Origin: Geosiphon pyriformis uo1
Taxonomy: Eukaryota; Fungi; Glomeromycota
Direction: 5' to 3'
Length of the DNA: 64,000 bases
NCBI GenBank assembly: GCA_016748015.1
Contig: JAAOMT010000678.1
Coordinates: 476,389-540,388, forward strand
Part shown: positions 39,389 through 51,699 of the stretch, piece by piece
Layout of the letters: each line of letters opens with the position of its first letter
Numbering within the stretch: the stretch's first letter is position 1
Position numbers and translations under genes: made by a program
The notes under the pieces: generated by a model
Told to the model about the DNA's origin: nothing
Seen by the model: the letters and a program-made list of their open reading frames with translations, nothing else
Database searches by the model: none

Positions 39389-39867
39389 TCTCAAAGAATT
39401 CACTTAACAAGACCAGTGGAAAAAAGTCAATTGCGAGATCTAACATTACAAGCGAAATAGTAGAAGATCTTGAAAACTTATGTCGTTCATCGTTAAGTTT
39501 ATCCCCTCCTCCATACACTTTCGAAGATCTATATAATCCCAATGATGAGAAAATTTTTAAGAATAAAAATGGGAATATATGTCAAGTTGATAATTCTTAT
39601 ATCATTTTCACCAAAGTTTTTAGACGTCAGTTAGAAGAATCAAACATCTCTTCCGACAGTAAAGAAACTTTGCGTTGTGGGCAAACCCTTAATAAAGTTA
39701 TTGGGAAGATTTGGCGTTCATTGAGTGACGAAGAGAAAGATGCCTATAAAAACTTATTTTCTAAAGCAAAAGCATTATTTGAGGAACTTTATCCTAAACA
39801 TAAGCAAAAAAGAAACCGTCAAAAAGCATTTAATTTAGCAAAAAATATCTCAGATAAAAATAATTAA
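39319..39867 (+). CDS. Divergent HMG-box protein HMG5, 182 aa, with poly-Asn tract
   Basis: NSYIIFTKVFRRQLE...LNKVIGKIWRSLSDEEKDAYKNLFSKAKALFEELYPKHK. The upstream PPPY...DEKIFKNKNGNI is shared with HMG6. Confidence 0.85.
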
Positions 39868-40750
39868 GCAGCTTATAATTATAAAAAAAAATACTTTTAT
39901 TATATATATATATATATATATATCATAAAATTTTTAAAATCATGATTTATTTCCTAGTCAATTTATTTATTAAGATAAAATAATAAAATAGTTAAAAGAT
40001 CTATCTAATTTATTATAACTATTATAAATATTATCAATTTTTCAAAATTAATAAATGAAATTTATTAAATTTTAACCTCATCTGAACGCTAATATATTTT
40101 ATATTATATTTTGGAATACTTTCTGCCAATATAAAATTGAAAAAGTATACAATATGATCAAGATTTTTTACATTAAAATTTTGTAATGATCATTAATTCA
40201 TTCATTCATTCATTTATTCATACTAAATGAATATAATTCTCAATGTTTACTTTAATAATTTTTTAATTAATTCAATATTATTATGGAATCTTAGTATAGA
40301 TATCCCCCTCCCCCCCCCCTCACCATATTACATTACCAAATGTATATATTCTCTTTATAATTCTTTTGCTAGTAAAGCTTTCATAAAGTTTTTACAAATT
40401 TTTATGATTAAAACCTTTGTAATCAGATTTAATGACGAAAGTTGTTGGTCTCATAAAAAGGGAAAATAAGTGCGACTTTGGTTGTAAGGACATTATTTCT
40501 TTTGTTTCCTTCATGGAATTCTTTAAATAATAAATACCCAAATCCCTTTGTTAACAAATTTTTTGTACTACATGTGATTAAGTTAAAACTCCGTCAAATT
40601 TGCTCATTGGATTTGATGTAGATCACTCAAATCACTATAAAATCACTAAGCTAGTTATTAACGAAAAAGTAAAATCAGTAAATCAATCAAGTTTAACTAT
40701 CAGAGTTTATACCTTTCAAAGCTTTGTTTTTAAAAAAAAAATTTTAAAAA

Positions 40751-41668
40751 ATGGCTTCAAAACCTAGAGCTCATAATAAATTTCGTAATTCTCTTCGTAA
40801 AATGAATTTAAAGAATCAAAATTCTAAATGTATGAGTCATAAATCAAAATTTATTTCCAAAGTTAAAACTGAGAAACTTCGTGGGATTCTTAATTTGTTT
40901 CCAGTACCATATCGTCTGGATCAATTTCTTGACACAAAAGATCCAAACGTTTTTAAAAAACCAAACGGAGAGATTAAGCGACCACCTAATAGTTTTCTAG
41001 TTTTTCGTCAAGTTGCTATGAAGAGAATGAAAGAAGTTTTTTCACCTGAAGATCACAGTTTTTTTGAGAACACGGATCAGCCAGAATATTCAAAGATGTT
41101 TGGAGAAATTTGGAAATCATCCAACGAGACAGAACAATCATCATATAAAGATCTGTGTGAGCAAGTTAATAGAACTCATAAAAAATTACATCCTCACTGG
41201 AAATATTGTCCAAAGAGAGGCAAAGCTACATTTAAATTTGTACCCTATGAAAAATTTGAGTCCAGTCAAAATGAAATTGACATCTACAACATAGAATGTG
41301 ATGATTGCCCCGAAATTTGTGACAACGATTTATTATTTAACGATGAAATTCAAATAACATTAACTGAGCCAATGAGCCAAAATATCGAACCTGAATACCA
41401 AGGAACACTTGATACTTTCATGAACAATGAAATTGATGTTTTCATGAACAATGAATTTGAAATTGAACACATGAGATTCCTTCAAGCTCCAGAATATATA
41501 TCTCAAATGGGAAGTCCATCATCCGAATCAGATTTTGAATCTGATAATCAAAGCTATTTTGAAATGGATCCTTATCTTATTTCACTAGATGTTGATTGTA
41601 CATTCTCTTTTGAAAATATTAGTTATGATACAATATTAAATAATGTTTATCCAGATATGAAGTGTTAG
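40751..41668 (+). CDS. HMG-box transcription factor HMG6, 305 aa, intronless, strongly acidic C-terminal half
   Basis: IKRPPNSFLVFRQ...YSKMFGEIWKSSNETEQSSYKDLCEQVNRTHKKLHPHWKYCPKR is a canonical MATA_HMG/Sox box. 24-bp internal duplication (DTFMNNEI/DVFMNNEF) at 41411-41458. Confidence 0.94.
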   Translation: MASKPRAHNKFRNSLRKMNLKNQNSKCMSHKSKFISKVKTEKLRGILNLFPVPYRLDQFLDTKDPNVFKKPNGEIKRPPNSFLVFRQVAMKRMKEVFSPEDHSFFENTDQPEYSKMFGEIWKSSNETEQSSYKDLCEQVNRTHKKLHPHWKYCPKRGKATFKFVPYEKFESSQNEIDIYNIECDDCPEICDNDLLFNDEIQITLTEPMSQNIEPEYQGTLDTFMNNEIDVFMNNEFEIEHMRFLQAPEYISQMGSPSSESDFESDNQSYFEMDPYLISLDVDCTFSFENISYDTILNNVYPDMKC

Positions 41669-41995
41669 ATTCTAAATTATTTTACAAAATCAAAGATTTT
41701 AACATCTCCGACTCTTTTCTACACGAATTTGAACATTTTTGAAATATCAATATAATAAATTTAACATGCAAGAAAACATTTATAAAAAAACAATATATAG
41801 TTTATGAGAAAAAATATAAGTTTCCCAAAGACTTGAAATAAATCTTTTTTCAAATTAAATTTTTTACATTCATTAATTTTTTATTATCCATTATCATTTT
41901 TTTCTTGTGAATTCATTAAAATATTGTTATTTGACAATGACCATTTTATAATATAGAAGATAATTTTATTTAACATTTTTGTTGAATAATAAAAA

Positions 41996-42050
<55 letters not shown>
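41996..42050. repeat. (ATT)n microsatellite
   Basis: Seen directly. Confidence 0.95.
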
Positions 42051-42051
<1 letters not shown>

Positions 42052-44861
42052 TAAAGTAAAACTATGAAACGAATTTTATGCTCTTGAATACTGAAAAAAC
42101 AATTCATTAAATTTAATAATTAAAATTTAGTTTTCATTCTTTGATCAAATTAATTAGTAGCTTTCAATGAAAAATTTGGAATTCTCATCTTTGTCTCTCA
42201 TCAAAACTACAAATTTGTTTGGATATATGCTAAAGGTAACATATTAAGAAATTTTTGAATGAATGTTTTAACCCCTGCTTCGGATCTTGATTTCTTGTGT
42301 AACACATCCTCTAATTTTGGAGTTTACCTAAAACCTCTAATACACAATAGAATTTCTCGATTCTACACAGAAAAAGAAAATCCGGTATGCATATTTTCTA
42401 TAATAGGATATTGATGAATATGTTTTTTTACTTAATATAAGATTGACATGATACACAAACAGGAATGTAATGTAAGTCAAATTGGAAAAAGAAAAAGAAA
42501 GTGAAAAAAAGCTCAGTTTGGTCCTTATTTTGGAACAACGTTCCGTGTTTACGTTTTAAAAGTATGATTTTGCAAAAAGAATTTTTTTCAATTCGAAAAA
42601 AAATTGAAAATCTAAAAGGATAAAAAATTTTTGTTATCGAACCTGAAAAGCCAATTGTCTTATCTACGACAAAACTTTCTTTGAAATGTCACCTGTTTCT
42701 AGATTTATCATTGACCAAAGCATTAGCATAATTGACTTACGTGCTAGAGCTTGTAAACCACCTTGACATTTAAAATTTATGTTGACTTAAAAGTCATTAT
42801 TTAAACTTTATTTTATTGTTTAACCATCTGAAATTGAGAATTTATTATAATAGATTTTGCTATATTGAACGTTTTACCTTGACCAAAAATAAATATTTTG
42901 AATGAGATACTCTCTTTGACGTTTTTTTTTTAAAAAAATTAAAAACTTTGAGCAACCCATTAAAAACGTTCATTATGAATTTTCTATGTCATGTAATTTT
43001 TATGCTTTTGATAGCATGCTATGTAATAACCTTGAATCAGGATTTAAACATGAGATTCAAACTTTTTAAACAAGTAGCATTTACAATTTGGACATTCACT
43101 TTCTTACTAAGCTTTCTATGAGGCATGCTGCTACAAAACAAGACAAATGAACATCAAGCAATTGTGGCTTTGGTTTATTGAAAAGGCATTATCTTTATCT
43201 TTTCGCTGGCTTCCTCCCTCAGCACTCAGAATACCATGGTATGGTTAATATAAACCAATAAAAATGTCAAATAGGCAAAATTTAAATTGACTTTTGATAT
43301 TTATTTTTAGGTCTTACAAACTGTGCTCTCATTGCAGATAAAGAGATCCGATATATAGCAAGTGATACAAAATGAGTCTAAGCAAACTTTTCTGTTGATC
43401 GGGATAGATCATTACACATGAGGTTGATCTTTACAAAAAAAAAATGACATAATGAAACTTTTGATTTAATAATGAAAATTTTTATGTTTTTATTACATTA
43501 AAACCACTTTTAAAGCATTTTTCAATATGAATTAGATAGAATTACTTATTTTATTTCTTAATAAATCAACTATATATTTATTAAGAAAAACAAAATCTGT
43601 CAAAATATTTTTTAAATCAAATTTTAAAACAAAAAACAAAGACAAAATTAATATTATCAAGTTCATACTAATTATGAAAATGCCAACTTTAAACTATTTG
43701 AAAATAGAAACACTGGCCAAAACTCATATATATATTATAAGTTAAAAACTTGATTAATATTATAAAAAGTTTGTGTAAAAACATTTTATAATTAAAACTT
43801 AACTAAAAAAAAATAGTTAACATGTTATAGAATTCAGAATCCAAAATAACTTAAAGTTATTAAAATAGAAAAGATATTTGCAAGTATTAAAAACTTGCTA
43901 TTTATACTAAACAAAATTTTGTAAATAACAAAAACTACAAATATTATTACAATTTTTTTAAATACAAGCCTAACAAATAAAGCTGTAAAAAAATTCTATA
44001 GAAAGAATAAAACTTGAACAGTTTTGTTGTTTTTTTAATTATCTTGCTTAACTGTTTAACTTTTTATTCGGTTCAAAATAGATAAATCTACTTTTAATAA
44101 TCACAAAGTATCTTTTTTTATGCTAAAACATTATTTTTCTAGAACAAATTCAAGTACTATTGTGATATAAATATCCGAAAAAAAACAACAATGAGCAATC
44201 TTCAATGTATTAAATAAAAATCTTTTGTTGTTTTAATCTGTAAATTTGAATTTTACGTTTATGTTAAATGCTAACTCCGTTACTTTCTGTTTTACTATGA
44301 TAACGTAATAGCAGCAATGTGTACGGACTTTAAGTTGATTGATATTATTGACATTGTCAATTTTTCCTGCAGAATGATGTGAACGCTATTTATTCATACT
44401 TCCATGGATATTGTCAATCCCTTAAAATAAATATGAAACCTTTGTTTGTACTACAAATATGATTATTTAGTCTATAAAAAAATTTAAAATTTGTGTGTGA
44501 ATTCTCTCTCATGAAACAAAAAAAAAGTGAATTAGAAAACTGTATGTTTGAATGAAAAAAACTTAGACTTTCAGTCATTAAAAATTTTCCATTGAAAACA
44601 GGAAGAGGTTTATCGTTTTCAGAAAAATTAAATAAGAGCTTTGTAAATTTCACTTTTAATAGATTGAACATCCGAAAATTGCTAAATTAATTCACAAATT
44701 ACAAGCCAGATCTCATTTTTCAGATCATAATCTTTTGTTAAAAATAAAGATGTCAATGTCAAAAATTAGCATACAAGAGAAAAGAGATAAAAGCAACTGA
44801 ATTTTATATTTTAAATACAAATATTAATTTTTATTGGTGAATAAAGTTTTATTGTATCACA

Positions 44862-45396
44862 ATGATTTCTATTAAAGCCGTCTTCTGCCAAAGCAATATT
44901 CGACCAAAATTACAAGAATAGCTTCTCATCCCAGAAATCAAAAGAAAACTGTCAGTTTAATTCATCACACTCTTGGCGAGAATACAATTTCAAAACGCAA
45001 AAAAAATGACTTTATCGAAGAAATAGAAAAAATTCGAAATCTTCTTCCTTTATTCCCAAACCAATTTGATTTATGTAAATTTTATGATATAAACGACGAA
45101 TCAATCTTTTTAAATGATAAAAACCAAGTCAAAAAGTCACCCAATAAATTTTTAATTTTTCAAAAAGTATTTCTTGCGCTCATAGAACAAATTGAAATGT
45201 CTCTAGAGGATTGAGAATTTTTTAAAAAGAATAACTCGAATTTTAGCAAGATTTCTTTAGTCATTTGGAATTTAATTAATTGGGAGGAACAAGCACCTTA
45301 TCTCAAATTACATAATTAATTAAAAGCCTTACATGAAAATTACATCCTGGGTGGAAATCTACTTCAAAATCGTAAAAAAGCTGATTTTAAAGTTTA
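44862..45396 (+). pseudogene. HMG-box pseudogene HMG7 (paralog of HMG6/HMG5)
   Basis: Frame from 45008 reads DFIEEIEKIRNLLPLFPNQFDLCKFYDINDESIFLNDKNQVKKSPNKFLIFQKVF...SLED*EFF...FSKISLVIWNLINWEEQAPYLKLHN*LKALHE, then LHPGWK after a frameshift. Aligns with HMG6. Stops TGA 45212 and TAA 45317; frameshift near 45338. Confidence 0.85.
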
Positions 45397-46099
45397 AGAG
45401 ATAGATTTGAAAATCTCTGCAAGATCTCAATAAATCCATTCACAAAAGAAAGTTTTCCGTTCACAGAATGATGTCTCTCTAAGAAACTCGTTACTTCCAC
45501 TTTCACTTCCTCTTTCTTGCTCAAGTATTCTTTTTTCGAATAATATAAAGTGATTCAAGCCTCTTTAAGAATTATACTCCTTTATAAGCAATCAATAATT
45601 TTAAGAAAACTTTAAATCCTTCAATTAAAATCAAATCTTATAACTTATCACCTTTATGTTATAATCATTATAAATATTTTTGGAAATTCTCGTTTTTAAA
45701 AAAAAAACATCTTAATAGCAATTTTGTTACATAAATGAAAAATCAATTTAAAATTAATAAAACATCATTTTTGTAGGTGATTGTGAAAAAATTTATTTGA
45801 GAACCTTTTTTTTAAACCAAAATTTTTACAAAGAATTTAAGATTAACTTTATACTTAAAGTTTTCTCCCACCAAAAAAAGAATACAAAACTTGGATATTT
45901 AACATTAACTTATTTATAAAGAAAATAGCATAAAAATTATAATTTCCATAATAATATTTTAGTTTTGGATGTATTTTTATGACTTTTTGTTAAAATAAAT
46001 ATGTAAAATATTAATCAAAATATTTTTGAAAATCAAGGATCATCCGATAGAGGTATTGATGCCGTCATCAATTATCTTATCCAACGACTGTTCCTAGCT

Positions 46100-46800
46100 T
46101 GAATATATCTTCTGACAAACTCTTTTTTTATGTCTTGGAAGATTTTACCTGCATCACCAACAGTACTCATTTCATTGTTACAGAAGTGGATATCGTGAGA
46201 TTCTATTTTCTTCTTAAAAGAGAAGGCTCAAAATTTCCAATATCTCGCATACCTGGATCTATCTAAAGATTTGGAGCTTAAATGGTTCAGTGATAATAAG
46301 TCCCTTTTGATGGAAGATACATCAAGCACTTCAATTGATCTATAATAATCATGAAAATTTATCGACACAATCATCTGTCATCATTCCAACAAAGGGCTTC
46401 ATGGACGAAGTTATCCTATTTGGGACTTTATGAGTTCCATACTGGAGTCTGTGAATATAAGTAAATAATAAAGAAAAATAAAACTGAAATGGGTTTTTGA
46501 TATGATAGGCCGAGTTTTTTAGTGGATCAAAAAATTTCATAATAATATCTGCCTCTCACATATAACTGCTCTGAGGAGCAGTTTGCAGTACCTGAAAATT
46601 CCACTTGCGGCTTGGTTTGTCCACAAAGTAAGATTGGGACCATTACGAAAGCTTGTCCTGTAGGTTACACTGCATATCAAAACTTGATGAGCTGAGAGTC
46701 GTGAAGAGATAACTCGGTTTTGTTATTCTTAAATATCATCATCGACAGCTGGCCATCAAATACCTATCGAGTCCCTGTTTTTGGGTGTTTTTCGAACAAG
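46100..46800 (-). pseudogene. Protein kinase pseudogene (STE20/OSR1-SPAK-like)
   Basis: Ordered remnants on the minus strand: KHPKTGTR, RLSAH...TYRTSFRNGPNL, a probable intron ending CACAG, LKCLMYL(HQKGLI by frameshift)H*TI*APNL*ID...IGNFE (HRDIKAxN/DFG equivalents), and KKSFV-like near 46115-46130. Confidence 0.5.
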
Positions 46801-47741
46801 ATGTGGTTTAAAGACGACTATTAATTGTGAAAAGGATCAGCCCATATTTATACAAGTGATTTCCCGGAGTCAAATATAATATTAGAAGGTCACACTACCC
46901 AAAAAAATTTGACGTGGTGAATTTTTCCTAAATTTCTCAATACAACACACTGGATACCTTTTGAAGATATTCCATCAGCCTCACATTCCTATCGGTATCC
47001 AAGCTCATTGGGTCCCTGCTATCTAATTTGGATCCTTCGAATCGTCCTCAGAAGGACTCCTGCTTGACGTTCCGAAAGATTGACTGATGTATTTGAACCG
47101 CCGCACACCGGAGAGTCATACCATTTGCATCAGAATCATTTCCGAACTCCTGGCAAGCTTGGTATTTATAAATTCAGGTTTTCTTGAACTCACTTACATC
47201 TAATTATGTTCACAAAAGTGAACTGTCTTATCTTAACTGTGCAGAATACCAAACAATAAAGCTGCAAATAAATATATTCAAATATACCTGAACATAAAAT
47301 GAATGGTGCACGATCACTTCCGATTCATGGGTCCCATATGACCTTGTTAGCCACAATCATCCTGAGTTTAATTAGTTATGAACACTATTAAACTGGTCAA
47401 GAATGATAGGATCAAAAATCATTTCAGATCTATGAATACCTTCAAAATCGTATCGTTTGCTAATTAAGGTACTCAACATGCTGATATAAAGGTGACAATA
47501 AAGATGAGGAAGTATAGCATCGACCTTGTCAATGTCCAACTAGTAATCTTGGGAATTTAGTTAGAGAAAACAAAGTGAATTGGGTAATCTAAAAATTATT
47601 TATATGAGAATAAGCATCATGTAGTTAATTAATCATTTGATCATGCCGAAACTTGATGCATATGGGGCTATATGACGTCATAACCTCATTACTTTATGCA
47701 GTTCTATTGCGATATGCTCCGTTTATTTTTCTTCCACTAGG

Positions 47742-49192
47742 ATGCCTTTATCACCATTAAAGAAGCCATCTTCGAAACCAAAATCAGCACTCGACCTGGT
47801 TGTAAATCAACTAGTTCGTGCCTCAGTTGGTGGGGTTCCTTCTTCGTTGCCAGATGAAGATTTAGACAGGTATGTTGCCGACCTCATTCTTAAAGAGGCG
47901 GCCGCCAAAAGCCAAAAGTACAACAAAGAGGGCGTAAGAGCCTATTTACCACATCTTGGAGTGTAAGTGGGGGTTTTTTTCTTATTTTAAGAGCTTTTGG
48001 TGTTTTTACTTAACTCTTTGGATTCATCGTAGGCCTCCTTGTACTCTCCCTAAACCCAACAAGCGATTTTTATTTAATGTTGTAAAAAGCGTTGACGATC
48101 ACAATCAGGCCCTGATTAAAAAGGAAGAAGAATCTGCTAGAAAGCATGCGCAAACGCTCGACCATAATTCCAGAAATAAAAAGGCGAAGCATCGTGATCA
48201 TTATCATAGTGAACATAGCAGTGTTTATAGTGAGCGTGAAGAAAAGTCATTTGAATACCAAAATAGATCTTCCAGGTATTTGAATTATTATTGAACTATT
48301 CAAGGATATTGAGGATAACGAAAAAAGATTAACTTTAAAAACTTGGCTTAAAATTCTTTTTAGCTATGATAACGAGCAAAAAGAACATTTCTCAGAACAA
48401 GAAAGAAATCAAGGTTTTGTTCATAAAAAACCATCTCGCTCATACTCACCTTGTATTAGTGAACCTGATCACGAATTTAATGACCCTAAATTGCCAATAA
48501 AACAAAGTCATTTAACGGCATCCTCTGAGTCTTCATCTTCATACCCAAATTCTTTGGAAATCAGGAAAAATCCCAAAAAGCGCCATTTATCCGAAATATC
48601 CAAAGATCTTATATCAAAGAAAGAAATTCAACCTAAAAAAGCTTCAGGTGAATTAATAGCCTTTAAAGGACGCGGCGAAGCAAGCGATGGTTCTAAAATG
48701 GATAAATATTTTCAAAAGGACTATGACCCTACTCAAGACATTGAACCTTTTCTTAGGGATAATCAATGGTTCATTGATTATGGACAATTCGAGCAAAATA
48801 TTTTAAGCAAAAAACAAATCGTTGATGATTACGAAGACGATAAAACCTCAAAAAAGCTAAAACGACGAAAGAAAGATCATAAAAAGGAAAAAGACCGGAA
48901 AAAGAAGCATCACAAAAAAAGTGACAAAACTAAACGGAAACGAAAAACACACGAATCTTCCAGTGCTGAAGATGGTATGACTGATTCTACATCCGCATTT
49001 GCATCCGAATGTGAAATGGTATTCAAAAAATCCCACAATGGCAAACATAGAAAAACTGAAAGGGATAAGAAGACATCAAAAGTGAATGCTAAAGGAAAGC
49101 CCGTGATACGTGAATGGGATATCCCTAAGTTAACAACCGGTTCATGGGACCCTGAAGACGTTGCACATATCCCACAAGTTTGTCCTTGGTGA
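47742..49192 (+). CDS. Conserved fungal Lys/Arg-rich protein of unknown function, ~430 aa; exons 47742-47962, 48033-48275, 48364-49192
   Basis: Introns GTAAGT..TAG (70 bp) and GTATTT..TAG (88 bp) join three ORF-track pieces in frame. Conserved-looking blocks DEDLDRYVADLILKEA, PKPNKRFL, KGRG..SKMDKYF..DYDP and REWD; basic NLS-like tract. Confidence 0.85.
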
Positions 49193-49859
49193 TCAGAAAT
49201 TTATTTTAATTCGACATATACCTTCGCACATGATCATTCACCAGCAGTAAAACAAGGATAATAAATAGGCGTTTTGAGAGCTTTAAAGAACCATCTCCAT
49301 AGTTATACATTTTTATCAAACTCTAAACATTTGGCCCGACAAAATAATCAAAAGCCAATCTTCCTTTAATAGTCGATGACTGCAAAGTTGGTTAAAATAC
49401 GTCATTTAAATATATCGTTAATCAGATTATTTTATTTAATCATTTGGCCTTGCATCTGGAAAATATGGCTGATATATATTTAAGCCTTATCGTTTTATTA
49501 AATTGATATGGAAAATTTTGAAAAAAACTTTTGTTAATTAAATTTGAAAAGTTATAACTCATTTAATTTATTGTTACAAATCAAAACAAAAAAATAATGA
49601 TAATGAATAATAATCAGTCTTAATAATATTTAAAATTAAATAAAAATATGTTATTGCTAATTAATTTTAAAAATTGAAGCCTTTTTATAATTTAATTTTT
49701 TTAAAGATTAAATATTATAAATATTATCTTTGTTAATTATAGATTTTAAGAATTATTTTTAGTAAATTTAAAAATATAATTATTAAAGTTTTATAAAAAT
49801 TAAGTTAATTTTGTATAATATTAATAAGTTTAATACAATTAAATTTAAAAATAGATTTA

Positions 49860-51125
49860 AAGTATGGTAAGAAAAAAATTGGAAAAATATGAATCTACTA
49901 AGATTGCGTTTGGTTTAACCATTTTTGGTAAGTTTTGTGACGGTAAAAATGGAAATAGAATATTAGGTAAGTGGCTGAGCTCTAAAAACATTTTTTCGCG
50001 TATTAACTAATAATTTTTTTAAAACTTGTCTTTGAAATGCCGACTTCAAAGCAAGAAACGCAACGGCAAGTTGTTTTACATTTTTGGAAGCAAGGAATAC
50101 AAAAGGCGAAAGAAATCCAGAATAAAACGAATATACCCCTTTCTACAATCTATAATATCCTCGAAAAACTCAAAAAAAAAGCATGCGAGTGGTAATGGTC
50201 GGCCAAAAAAAATTATGGGAAATTCTTTGAAAGTATTAGGGTAGATTATTCGTAGAGATTCCTCAGTTTCGTCTAGATATTTAGCAATAAAGTTGGCTAA
50301 GAAGGGAATAAATGTTTCTCATGTTACTATTCAAAATCATTTATCCAACCTTAATTATAAAAAAAGTCTTCCTAGAGCAACTCCAATGCTGACCGAAGAG
50401 CATAAGTGAAAACGTGTAGAATGGGCCAAAAAACACCTTAGCGACGATTGGAAAAGAACAGTTTTTACTGACGAAACATCTTTTCAACTTTTTCAAAACA
50501 CGGTAAAACGTTGGCATTAAGGTACTCAACCAATTCGTCCTATGCCTAAAGATCGTACAAAAATTCTCGTGTGGGGAGGTTTCTACGAAAAAGGAAAGAC
50601 TAGTTTATTCTGTTTTGTTCAAATAATGAATGCTCAATTTTATATAGATATTCTTCGTAACAAATTACCTGAAATTAGAGCAATTCTGGGGGATAATTGG
50701 CGATTCCAACAAGATAATGACCCCAAGCATACTAGCAAGCTTGCCAAAGAGTTTATTGCTGAGAATACAACTGATTTGTTGGGGTGGCCATCTAATAGTC
50801 CCGACTTAAACTCAATAGAAAACCTTTAGGCTATTGTTAAAAAGAATGTAGAAAAAAGAATGCCTCAAAATCGTAGTGAATTAGAGATTTATGGAGGAAG
50901 AGTGGCAAGATATTCCTGAATCTACCTTAATTGGTTTAGTAGGATCAATGAGGCAGCGTTGTGAAATGATAATTGAGACAAATAGTGAAAGAATTTCCTA
51001 TTAATTATTTTTAATAAAATTATATGGTATTTGACTTTCTAATAAAAGTTGTTTTATGTAATTTGGTACATTAGTTAAGACATAGCAATTATTTTTATAT
51101 TTCCAATTTTTTTCTTACCAGACTG
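49860..51125 (+). mobile_element. Tc1-family (DD34E) DNA transposon, ~1.27 kb, transposase pseudogene 50037-51004
   Basis: TIRs AAGTATGGTAAGAAAAAAATTGGAAA vs CAGTCTGGTAAGAAAAAAATTGGAAA (reverse complement of right end), both flanked by TA. Motifs GRPKK, VFTDET, VWGG, QQDNDPKH-x-WPSNSPDLNSIE with D-34-E spacing. Four in-frame stops plus frameshifts. Confidence 0.93.
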
Positions 51126-51699
51126 TAAATTAAATTTGTTTTTTGTGTTAAAAATTCAAACAATTGTATTTTAGCATAAATTTGTTGATTTTTATTATTT
51201 ATTCTAGTTATAATATAGTATTAATATGTTTTTTTTACATATAATCTTTTTAGATTTATTCTAAAAATAATATTATTTATAAATTAGATTTTGAAATGAT
51301 TTAAATTTCTATTATTCAAAATAAACTTATTTATTTATAATCTGTTATTTAAATATTAAACTTAAATAATTTTTAAAAAATAACCAAATATTCTTATTTT
51401 TTAATTAAAAAATTTATATACTATTTTTTATTTTGAATTTAACAATATTTTTATTTAAGTAATTATTAAATTATTAAAAATTTAAAAATTTTTCTTTTAT
51501 TGATTTCTTAATTATAAAAAAAGCAAAAAGAAATTAAAAAAATACTTTATTATTTTTTTTTATATTTTATTTGTTTTATAAGCTTTTTTTACATCTTTTA
51601 TTTGTTATACTAAACACAATAAACATTTTTGTTTCTATATTAATTAATTAATAAGACAAAATAGAAACTTATTTAAATATTAGGAGAAATACTTCTATA

